This document shows positions 39,834-47,697 of a DNA stretch of 64,000 bases, piece after piece. Numbering within the stretch: the first letter of the stretch is position 1; the number at the start of each line of letters is the position of its first letter. The translations under genes and the position numbers were made by a program. The notes below the pieces were generated by a model that did no database searches, was not told the DNA's origin, and worked only from the letters and a program-made list of their open reading frames with translations. Source of the DNA: Maricaulis sp. (GTDB lineage: Bacteria; Pseudomonadota; Alphaproteobacteria; Caulobacterales; Maricaulaceae); assembly GCA_029251785.1 (NCBI GenBank), contig JAQXCQ010000126.1:13702-77701 (forward strand), read 5' to 3'.

Positions 39834-39887
39834 CGTCATCCCTTCTGGCTAGTCACGCGCCGAGCGAGATGACTAAAAGGGATGACG
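39834..39887. repeat. small palindromic element with CGTCATCCCTT/AAGGGATGACG termini
   Basis: 11-bp perfect outer arms plus inner TAGTCA/TGACTA pair. Shares the CGTCATCCC terminus with the element at 28467. Confidence 0.7.
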
Positions 39888-39921
39888 CCCACCAACCGCT
39901 TAGCGTCAGAGGATGGGCCGC

Positions 39922-40140
39922 CTAGATGGCGATATCGAGCAGCCGGTCCGTCATGTCACTGGCGGTTTTCAGCATTGTGGCAGAGGCTTGCTGCACGGCT
40001 TGAGCCTGCTTCATCTCCACAAGGTGTTGAACGGTGTCCCCGCCTTCCGCGGCAGCGACCACCACATTTTGCGCCGCTTCGGCAAACCGCGTCTGGGCGG
40101 TCATCATGCTCGTCGCAGCGGTGTTGAAGGCAATGTTCAT
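39922..40140 (-). CDS. hypothetical 72-aa Ala/Gln/Thr/Met-rich protein
   Basis: Strong GC3 bias in frame; no obvious SD. Ends ...RLLDIAI; faint resemblance to YjfB-type small motility proteins, not demonstrable here. Confidence 0.45.
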   Translation of the reverse strand: MNIAFNTAATSMMTAQTRFAEAAQNVVVAAAEGGDTVQHLVEMKQAQAVQQASATMLKTASDMTDRLLDIAI

Positions 40141-40268
40141 GTTGCGACGCTAGCGCGGTGGGCGCGCAAGCTGAAGCGGGAAGTAGATCTTTAGTTAAGC
40201 GCGGGTTAGCGAAAACATTGACCGCGGCGGCAGGAATGGCGAAGCTGTCGGCTCAATTGGGGGTGAAG

Positions 40269-41717
40269 ATGAAAATAGTGATGCGGGTGTTGGGTGTGGT
40301 GCTGGGATTGTTCGTCCTTGCGATTGGAGCTCTTGGTTTTTACGCTTATGCGCCGGATATTCCGCGCGAAGAGCTGGTCGCCAAATACGGCAGTGAGGCG
40401 TCGCAATTCGTGGTGCTGGAATCCGGCATCACCGTCCATATGCGCGATGAGGGTTGCCGAAGCTGCGACGCTGTTTTCCTGGTCCATGGTTCAAATGCGT
40501 CCCTGCATACCTGGGGCCCCTGGGTTGAGTTTTTATCCGAGAATTGGCGTGTGGTGACAATGGACTTGCCAGGCCATGGCCTGACGGGCCCGACCTCCGA
40601 CGGTGATTACACGCTCCCGCGCGCCGCAGATGTGGTCGAGGAAGTGCGTCAATATCTCGACATTAACAGCCTTCACATCGCTGGCAATTCACGCGGTGGT
40701 TCGGTCGCGTTGAGCTATACAGTTGATCATCCCGAGCGCGTTCTGAGTATGGCTTTGCTGGATGCTGTCGGCGCGCCATGGCCGATCGCTGAAGAGGATG
40801 AAGACGGCGATATCCCGCTTGTTTACCAGCTGATGGCCAATGAAACGATTGCCAACACACTGAAGAATTTCATCACACCGGACCTGATCCGCGAGGCGTT
40901 GTTGGACGCATTCTCAAACCCGGATGCGGTGACGGATGAAATGGTAGAGCGCTATTTCGAGATCGGGCGTTTTCCGGGCACACGCGAAACCGTGCTGATG
41001 CGATCGCGTATGGCGTACTATACCGACGACTTCGAGCCCTCCCGTGAACTGACCATGCCCGTGATAGTGATGTGGGGAGAGGATGACAATCTCGTGCCGC
41101 TCGCCATGGCCGATACCTTTATGGAGGCCATGCCCCATGCACAATTGGTGACCTATCCCGGTGTCGGTCACGCGCCGATGGAAGAAATTCCGGCCCAGAG
41201 CGCGACAGATTATCAACTCTTCTTGAATGCCATCGCACCGATACAGCCTGTTTCCACAGCGCTTGTACATCAAAACGGGCAGGCCCTGTTTGGCTATTAT
41301 ATGGCTGCAGGTGAAAGTGAATTGCGGATCGGGGATTGGGTGGTTTCTCACCTGTTTATAGATGATGCCGCAAATGTGGATGCCTGGGATGTTGAGAGTT
41401 CTGCGGATTATTTTGCGCCTGTGATGTTTGAAATTGTCGATACATCCAGTGCTTGGGTCGAGGGCGAAATCGGCGGTGGTTACGAAAATGGGACGCGGGG
41501 ATTGCCCACTCAATTTGCGATCACATCTGATCGGGTCGAGTTTACGGGTGCGGCCGAGCATTTAGGCCAGATCACCTTCTCTGGCAGCTACAACCGCGCT
41601 GGTGTGGAGGCCGCCTATGAGATCGGGGCAACGGAAGACGTCGTGATCACCGGGCGTTTGCAGATCGGCGAGACTGTGTTTGAAAATGCCAGCTTCAGCT
41701 GGTTCGCCGGGGACTGA
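40269..41717 (+). CDS. membrane-anchored alpha/beta-fold hydrolase with about 160-aa C-terminal extension of unknown function
   Basis: N-terminal TM MKIVMRVLGVVLGLFVLAIGALGFYAY; HGSNASLHTW, nucleophile elbow GNSRGG, GVGHAPMEE. Start among ATG 40236/40269/40281 is uncertain. Confidence 0.83.
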   Translation: MKIVMRVLGVVLGLFVLAIGALGFYAYAPDIPREELVAKYGSEASQFVVLESGITVHMRDEGCRSCDAVFLVHGSNASLHTWGPWVEFLSENWRVVTMDLPGHGLTGPTSDGDYTLPRAADVVEEVRQYLDINSLHIAGNSRGGSVALSYTVDHPERVLSMALLDAVGAPWPIAEEDEDGDIPLVYQLMANETIANTLKNFITPDLIREALLDAFSNPDAVTDEMVERYFEIGRFPGTRETVLMRSRMAYYTDDFEPSRELTMPVIVMWGEDDNLVPLAMADTFMEAMPHAQLVTYPGVGHAPMEEIPAQSATDYQLFLNAIAPIQPVSTALVHQNGQALFGYYMAAGESELRIGDWVVSHLFIDDAANVDAWDVESSADYFAPVMFEIVDTSSAWVEGEIGGGYENGTRGLPTQFAITSDRVEFTGAAEHLGQITFSGSYNRAGVEAAYEIGATEDVVITGRLQIGETVFENASFSWFAGD

Positions 41718-41809
41718 TGACAAACAACAGCTGCTTTACCGCAACTTACGGGTTTTATTAATTCGAATTAGCGCAGATTGCCTGCTCGATTTTATTGAAG
41801 GGGAATTTC

Positions 41810-42385
41810 ATGAGCGCCGGTGATCAGACAACACTCAAGGTCGAATTTGAGCTGAGCGAGACCGATATTGCCTTCTTCAAGGACCGGCTCGACCAAGCGC
41901 GTGCTGCACGCGGCACTGACGATGATGCGATGATCATCGAGGGTGTTGCCGCGATGACCAAGGAAGCACTGGCTTCCAAGCCGCCGCAATTTGTTATTGA
42001 TCGCCTTTCGCTCCTTGATCCGCTTCTGGCGATGCTGCGCGATGAAGACTGGAGATTGACCGGTGATGATCGCAAGCGTGTGCTTGATGCTCTGGCCTAT
42101 TTTGTGGATCCGGAAGATCTGATTCCTGACCGGATTCCTGGAATCGGTTTCATCGATGATGCGATCATGATCGATCTGGTTTCCGCCGGTCTCGAGCCCG
42201 AGCTGGAAGCCTATGCCGACTTTGTCGCGCACCGAGAGGAACTCGCCAGCGGCAAGGATAAGGACGCCGCGCCGCTAGAGGAGGCCCGCAAGGTTATGCA
42301 GGGTCGCATGCGCCGTCGTCGCAGCCGCACCCGTGGTGGCCTGAGCCGGAGTACAAGCCCGCGTGCGCTATTTCAGTATTTCTAG
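41810..42385 (+). CDS. DUF1232 (YkvA-like) domain protein with Arg-rich C-terminus
   Basis: YFVDPEDLIPDRIPGIGFIDDAIMIDLV is the DUF1232 signature. GAAGGGGA RBS before ATG 41810. Confidence 0.78.
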   Translation: MSAGDQTTLKVEFELSETDIAFFKDRLDQARAARGTDDDAMIIEGVAAMTKEALASKPPQFVIDRLSLLDPLLAMLRDEDWRLTGDDRKRVLDALAYFVDPEDLIPDRIPGIGFIDDAIMIDLVSAGLEPELEAYADFVAHREELASGKDKDAAPLEEARKVMQGRMRRRRSRTRGGLSRSTSPRALFQYF

Positions 42386-42414
42386 CGGCTCGCCGCCCAA
42401 GATTTGCAGAACAG

Positions 42415-42446
42415 CCCTTCCGGAAACGGGAGGGTTGTTTTGTTTT
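42415..42446 (+). terminator. rho-independent terminator after DUF1232 gene
   Basis: CCCTTCCG-GAAA-CGGGAGGG followed by TTGTTTTGTTTT. Confidence 0.7.
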
Positions 42447-42472
42447 AGGGGACAATAAACGTTGCCTCGGTC

Positions 42473-43459
42473 TTAGGCCGTCACTTCTGCCTTTACAGGT
42501 GTCTCAGGCAAATCGATGCCAAATACACGCTGGTACATTTCAGCGATCGCGGCGCGTTCTATTTCGTCGCATTTGTTGAGGAAGGTGAGGCGGAAGGCAA
42601 GGCCCATATCGCCAAAAATCTGGTGGTTTTCCGCCCAGGTGAGCACAGTGCGCGGGCTCATGACCGTGGAGATGTCGCCATTGATAAAGGCGTCGCGGGT
42701 GAGGTCGGCGACCTTGACCATGTCAGCGACTTCCTTGCGGCCAGCCTCGGTAGCGGCCAAAGTTTTCATCTTCGACAGGACGATATTGTTTTCGGTGTCG
42801 GTCGGCAAATAGTTGAGCGTGGCGACGATTGACCAACGGTCCATCTGGCCCTGATTGATCTGCTGCGTGCCGTGATAAAGGCCGGTGGTGTCCCCCAGCC
42901 CGATCGTGTTGGTGGTGGCGAACAGGCGGAAGGACGGGTTGGGACGAATAACCCGGGACTGGTCGAGCAATGTGAGCGAACCAGAGGCTTCGAGCACGCG
43001 TTGGATGACGAACATCACGTCCGGACGACCCGCATCATATTCATCAAACAGGATGGCGACGGGCCGCTGTAGGGCCCAGGGCAGGATACCCTCCTGAAAT
43101 TCGGTGACCTGCTTGCCGTCTTTCAAAATAATGGCGTCTTTACCGACCATGTCGATACGGCTGACATGACTGTCCAGATTGACGCGGACCATCGGCCAGT
43201 TGAGGCGGGCAGCGACCTGTTCAATATGGGTCGATTTTCCGGTGCCGTGATAACCCTGAACCATCACCCGACGATTAAAGGCAAAGCCCGCGAGAATCGT
43301 GCGTGTGGTGTCCGGATCGAAGACATAATCCGGGTCGACAATCGGTGTGTGCTCATCGCGCTGCGAGAACATCGGCACATCAAAGCCTGCATCAAAACCA
43401 AACAGGATTTTTGTGTCGGCCGTCTTATCGGGTGCGGGCAGTGGGAAGTTATCGCTCAT
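42473..43459 (-). CDS. cobS: CobS-type AAA+ ATPase (aerobic cobaltochelatase small subunit homologue)
   Basis: Near full-length similarity to remembered P. denitrificans CobS ([40 protein letters not shown]..., [31 protein letters not shown]). Confidence 0.95.
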   Translation of the reverse strand: MSDNFPLPAPDKTADTKILFGFDAGFDVPMFSQRDEHTPIVDPDYVFDPDTTRTILAGFAFNRRVMVQGYHGTGKSTHIEQVAARLNWPMVRVNLDSHVSRIDMVGKDAIILKDGKQVTEFQEGILPWALQRPVAILFDEYDAGRPDVMFVIQRVLEASGSLTLLDQSRVIRPNPSFRLFATTNTIGLGDTTGLYHGTQQINQGQMDRWSIVATLNYLPTDTENNIVLSKMKTLAATEAGRKEVADMVKVADLTRDAFINGDISTVMSPRTVLTWAENHQIFGDMGLAFRLTFLNKCDEIERAAIAEMYQRVFGIDLPETPVKAEVTA

Positions 43460-43595
43460 CGGACAGGTCTTTTACGGGAGGGACAGAAAACGCACAGGCG
43501 AACGCCGTGTGCGATCTATAGCACGCTCATTTGTCGATAAAAGCTGTGAAATCCGCGGAAACCAGTTGTGAGGCACCGGTCTGCCGGTGAGGCAA

Positions 43596-44207
43596 TCAGG
43601 CCATGCCTTCATTCTTGAGGATCTGGTAGGCGGCAATCACACGTCCCAGCTGTTCTTCTGAAGAGCGGTCGCCATCATTGACGTCGGGGTGGAAACGGCG
43701 AACCAGTTCGGCGTAACGCTTGCGGATCTTGGACGACGTCGCATCGGCCTCCAGATTCATGGTTTCGAGCGCCTTGCGCTGCAGACGGCCCATGCCCTGT
43801 TCGCGCGGAGCTTCCTTGCCGTCACTCTTGCGGCCATTGCGACCGTAAATGTCGGAGAATTCCTCGCCCATATTCTGTTCGGCATTGGTGGCTTTACGGG
43901 TGCCGCCATGGGTGCTCTTCCACCCCCAGGTCTGGCGGTGACCATAGGCAGCGCTTTCGCGGAAGGCCTGTGCCTCGCCCTCGCCCATACCTTCGAAAAA
44001 ATTCCAAGACTTGTTGTATTGGCCCGCATGGGACTGACAGAACCAGTAAAACTCATTGAGCTGGTTATTGGCCTTGGGGCAGCGGCTGCCCGCATGGCTG
44101 CGACAACCGGGCCATTCGCAGACACGTTCGTCTTCGACCTTCTTTTTCTTCGCCTTCTTGATGCTGATGTCTTTAAAGCGCGGTGTATACTGGAAATTAT
44201 CTGTCAT
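43596..44207 (-). CDS. J-domain protein with N-terminal Cys-rich (zinc-finger-like) region
   Basis: C-terminal J domain with HPD (KIRKRYAELVRRFHPDVNDGD). N-terminal CEWPGC...CPK...FCQSH. Start MTDNFQ at 44207. Confidence 0.85.
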   Translation of the reverse strand: MTDNFQYTPRFKDISIKKAKKKKVEDERVCEWPGCRSHAGSRCPKANNQLNEFYWFCQSHAGQYNKSWNFFEGMGEGEAQAFRESAAYGHRQTWGWKSTHGGTRKATNAEQNMGEEFSDIYGRNGRKSDGKEAPREQGMGRLQRKALETMNLEADATSSKIRKRYAELVRRFHPDVNDGDRSSEEQLGRVIAAYQILKNEGMA

Positions 44208-44270
44208 TGGGGCCAAGTATGCAGGGCTGCACGTAAAGCAGCGATGAATCAAAACGAGAAAAGATGAGAA

Positions 44271-44534
44271 ATGATGTCTGTCCGAGAGCACATCGAGAAC
44301 AAACTCAATACCTGTTTCTCACCGTCCGCGCTAGTTGTCACTGACGATAGTCACCTTCATGCCGGGCATGCCGGTGCAAGGCCGGGCGGAAATAGTCATT
44401 TTACCGTCGAAATTGTCTCGACCCGATTTGCTGGATTAACCCGTATAGCTTGCCATCGGCTCGTCAATGAAGCGCTGGCCGAAGAGCTCGCGGGACCGAT
44501 CCACGCCTTAGTGATAAAAACCCGCGCAAGCTAA
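44271..44534 (+). CDS. BolA-family protein
   Basis: 87 aa; VVTDDSHLHAGHAG...HFTVEIVSTRFAGLTRIACHRLVNEAL is the BolA fold signature. Confidence 0.9.
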   Translation: MMSVREHIENKLNTCFSPSALVVTDDSHLHAGHAGARPGGNSHFTVEIVSTRFAGLTRIACHRLVNEALAEELAGPIHALVIKTRAS

Positions 44535-45803
44535 TTAGTCCGGGCTGGGGCAGAGGCGCAGCTGGGTGATCTGGTTGCGACGTCGCTCGGTGATTTCGAA
44601 GCGGACACCATGGAAGCGGAACACCTGACCGCGTTCCGGTATGGTCTGGGCTTCGTGTATGACCAGCCCGGCAATCGTCACAGCCTCTTCGTCGGGCAGG
44701 TCCCAGTCGAGGGCACGATTGAGATCGCGCACCGGCACCACGCCGTCCACACACCACACACCATTGGATTCAGCGACAATACCTTCGACGCTGACATCGT
44801 ATTCATCTTCAATGGTGCCAACGATTTCTTCGAGAATATCTTCCAGCGTTACCATACCCATCAGCGCGCCATATTCGTCGACGACCAGGGCGAAATGCTC
44901 GCGTTTTTCACGAAAGGCGTTCAGCTGATCGAGCACATCGGTGGTCTCCGGTACAAACCAGGGTTCGCGCATGATCGCTGCGATATCGATGGAGGACGGG
45001 TCACCATTGCTTTCCAAGAGTGCGCGCGCCAGATCCCGCGCGTGCAGAACGCCGATGATGTTTTCCGCCTCGCCCTTGTAGAGGGGCAGGCGTGTGTGCG
45101 GACTGCCCAGGGCTTCGGCGACAATTTGAGTGGCCGGCTTTGAAGCATCGATCATGTTGATGGATTTGCGATGCACCATGATGTCATCAACGATCAATTC
45201 GGCCAGGTCGAGTACACCGCCAAGCATATCGCGGTCATTCTTGACCACGCTGCCTTCCTCGTGGTGCAGGGCGATGGCCCCTCGCAATTCGTCATGCGCA
45301 GAAAGAACCGGCCCCTCCACATTGGCACCAAATAATCGCAATACCCCGCGGACAACCATCTGGACGATCCGGACGAGGGGCGCGAACACCGAGACAACGA
45401 TCAAAATTGGCTGGGAGACCGACAGTGCAAACCGTTCCGGATTGGACAGGGCATACGTCTTGGGCAAGACTTCGGCAAAGATCAGCACGAGCAGGGTCAT
45501 GACGATGGCCGCAGCGGCGACGGAATCGACGCCGAACAGTTCGGCAAACAGTTGGCCAGCGATCATTGAGGCGGCGATATTGACGAGATTATTGCCTAAC
45601 AGAATGGCGCCGAGCAGGCTTTCACCGTCGTCCATCAGCTTGTTGACGCGCTTGGCCGAGGCGTTCTTGTCCTTCTCCATCTGCATCATGCGGGCGCGAG
45701 ATGTGGCGGTCAGGGAGGTTTCTGAACCGGAGAAAAAGGCAGACAGGACAAGCAGTCCCAGAATGGTCAGTGCAGGGCCAAGCAGGCTCCAATCGATGCT
45801 CAT
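44535..45803 (-). CDS. CNNM/HlyC-CorC-family transporter (DUF21 + CBS pair + CorC_HlyC)
   Basis: N-terminal 4 TM DUF21 (FFSGSETSLTA), CBS region, C-terminal transporter-associated domain. Confidence 0.92.
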   Translation of the reverse strand: MSIDWSLLGPALTILGLLVLSAFFSGSETSLTATSRARMMQMEKDKNASAKRVNKLMDDGESLLGAILLGNNLVNIAASMIAGQLFAELFGVDSVAAAAIVMTLLVLIFAEVLPKTYALSNPERFALSVSQPILIVVSVFAPLVRIVQMVVRGVLRLFGANVEGPVLSAHDELRGAIALHHEEGSVVKNDRDMLGGVLDLAELIVDDIMVHRKSINMIDASKPATQIVAEALGSPHTRLPLYKGEAENIIGVLHARDLARALLESNGDPSSIDIAAIMREPWFVPETTDVLDQLNAFREKREHFALVVDEYGALMGMVTLEDILEEIVGTIEDEYDVSVEGIVAESNGVWCVDGVVPVRDLNRALDWDLPDEEAVTIAGLVIHEAQTIPERGQVFRFHGVRFEITERRRNQITQLRLCPSPD

Positions 45804-46903
45804 CAGAGCCTAGTCTCCATAAATTTCGCGAGGTCATCCTCGCTTGTGTCTGACTCTATGTACGCTTTTGCGATGCCGCGCGCGAGTACCAGTGTGATAC
45901 GGCCGCCGGAATTTTTTTTGTCGTCACGCATTTTCGCCACAAGATCGGCGGTGTTCCAGTTTGAATAAGCGAGGGCTTTGGGGCCGTCAGGCAAGCCGAT
46001 TGTGCGCAAATGGGCCTCAACACGATCGGCATCCTTTGATGGACAAACGCCCAAGTGGACCGAATAGCGAAACGCCATTGAAATGCCGGCGGCGACGGCT
46101 TCACCATGGCGAATAATATCCTTGGGCGCGGTGGCCTCGAAGGCGTGCCCAAAGGTGTGACCAAGGTTGAGAAGCGCTCGCACACCCTGTTCTCGCTCGT
46201 CATCCGCGACGATTTGGGCTTTGAATGAGACGGCGTCCGCCACCGCGTCGCGCAGGGTGTCGCCGCTTAAGGCATGAGCGCCAGCGGCTTCCAGACGATC
46301 AAACAGGTCATAGTCGCCGATCAGGGCCGCTTTGATGATCTCGGCATAACCGGAGCGCCGTTCGCGATCGGGCAGTGTCTCAAGCATCATGGTATCGGCA
46401 ATGACGAGGCACGGCTGATGAAAACTGCCGACAAAGTTTTTGCCGTGGCGGGTATTGATTCCGGTTTTGCCGCCGACGGAGCTGTCGACTTGCGACAAAA
46501 GGGTGGTGGGGATCTGGATGAAATTGATGCCGCGTTTGGTGACCGCTGCGGCGAAACCGACCAGATCACCAATGACGCCGCCACCCAGCGCGATTACCGC
46601 GTCCGAACGCTCCATGCCGGATTCAAGGAAGGCGTTCACAAGTGTTTCGAGTTGACCGAAGCTTTTGGTGGCTTCGCCGGATGGCAAGACAATTGCCCGG
46701 GCTGCGATGTCTGCGTCGGCCAAAATTTTGATGATGGTGGCGAGATGTAATGGAGCGACCGTCTCATCCGTTATGATGATGGTTTTACCGCGGGGAATTA
46801 ACGCGGGGAGGCGCTTGACGGACTCCGTCAAGGCTCCGTCTCCGATCAATACATCATAACTTCGATCACCAAGGCCGACCGAAATCGTCTGGATGTGACT
46901 CAT
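45803..46903 (-). CDS. aroB: 3-dehydroquinate synthase
   Basis: GGGVIGDLVGFAAA, LNLGHTFGHA metal site; 1-nt overlap with the downstream CNNM start. Confidence 0.96.
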   Translation of the reverse strand: MSHIQTISVGLGDRSYDVLIGDGALTESVKRLPALIPRGKTIIITDETVAPLHLATIIKILADADIAARAIVLPSGEATKSFGQLETLVNAFLESGMERSDAVIALGGGVIGDLVGFAAAVTKRGINFIQIPTTLLSQVDSSVGGKTGINTRHGKNFVGSFHQPCLVIADTMMLETLPDRERRSGYAEIIKAALIGDYDLFDRLEAAGAHALSGDTLRDAVADAVSFKAQIVADDEREQGVRALLNLGHTFGHAFEATAPKDIIRHGEAVAAGISMAFRYSVHLGVCPSKDADRVEAHLRTIGLPDGPKALAYSNWNTADLVAKMRDDKKNSGGRITLVLARGIAKAYIESDTSEDDLAKFMETRL

Positions 46904-47451
46904 CGAGGTGACTCCGTGATGTTGAGGGCGGCGAGAATGTTGTCGACCGTGATCTGATGGGTGCCCGCGCCCGCGTCAATATGGATCTCGGCCTCGGCAT
47001 AAATTTCGCTACGCTTTTCCAACAAGTCCCGCATGACTTGTTCGGGGTCTTCGGTTTTGAGCAAAGGCCGGGTATCGCGACGCAAGACGCGTTTCATCAG
47101 CACGTCGATATCGGCTTGCAGCCAAATGGTACAGGCATGGGCTTTCACTTGCTGTCTCGTGGTCGGATCAACAAACGCCCCGCCGCCTAAAGCGAGCACC
47201 ATGGGAGGCTGTTCGAGCAGTCGAGCGATGACCTTGCGTTCGCCGTCGCGAAAGGCCGCTTCCCCGAAATCGTCGAATATTTCACTGACACTTCGACCCG
47301 CGGCCTTCTCAATTTCTTCATCCGCATCCTTGAATTTTCGTTTCAGGGTTGCCGCCAAGCGCCGGCCAACTGTTGTTTTACCTACTCCCATCAAGCCAAT
47401 AAGCACGATGGAACGGTTGTCGATTGAGGGTGTTGGCGCAGCGCGTGTCAT
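46900..47451 (-). CDS. aroK: shikimate kinase
   Basis: P-loop LIGLMGVGKTTVGR, LGGGAF; ATGA overlap with aroB. The long N-terminal extension of the track ORF was rejected. Confidence 0.93.
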   Translation of the reverse strand: MTRAAPTPSIDNRSIVLIGLMGVGKTTVGRRLAATLKRKFKDADEEIEKAAGRSVSEIFDDFGEAAFRDGERKVIARLLEQPPMVLALGGGAFVDPTTRQQVKAHACTIWLQADIDVLMKRVLRRDTRPLLKTEDPEQVMRDLLEKRSEIYAEAEIHIDAGAGTHQITVDNILAALNITESPR

Positions 47452-47556
47452 ACATTCGGTATAAAGCGTCTGGAAATCGCCGCAATCACCGTTACGCTGG
47501 AGCGGCAAGGGGTTTGCAGTGCAAACTGTGAGAGAGCGTTTATCAAGGGAAGAAAA

Positions 47557-47697
47557 ATGCGTGGTTTTATAATTGGCGTCGTCGGGTTTCTTGGCGTGGC
47601 TGCACTGGGTTTTGGTGCGCTGGTGATGATGGCTGACGGTATGGAGCCGACGCAGGAGGAAGTTCGTGTCGAGCTTGAAGACAATTTTCCGCGCTAG
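47557..47697 (+). CDS. possible 46-aa single-TM peptide/leader ORF (speculative)
   Basis: MRGFIIGVVGFLGVAALGFGALVMMADGMEPTQEEVRVELEDNFPR; AAGGGAAG upstream. Overlaps the next gene start by 32 nt, out of frame. Confidence 0.25.
   Translation: MRGFIIGVVGFLGVAALGFGALVMMADGMEPTQEEVRVELEDNFPR

Noticed and set aside
43460-43595. Possible cobalamin riboswitch upstream of cobS
   Set aside because: Only 136 nt are available, there is no convincing B12 box, and only short hairpins occur (CACCGG-TCTG-CCGGTG). That is too small for the roughly 200-nt aptamer.
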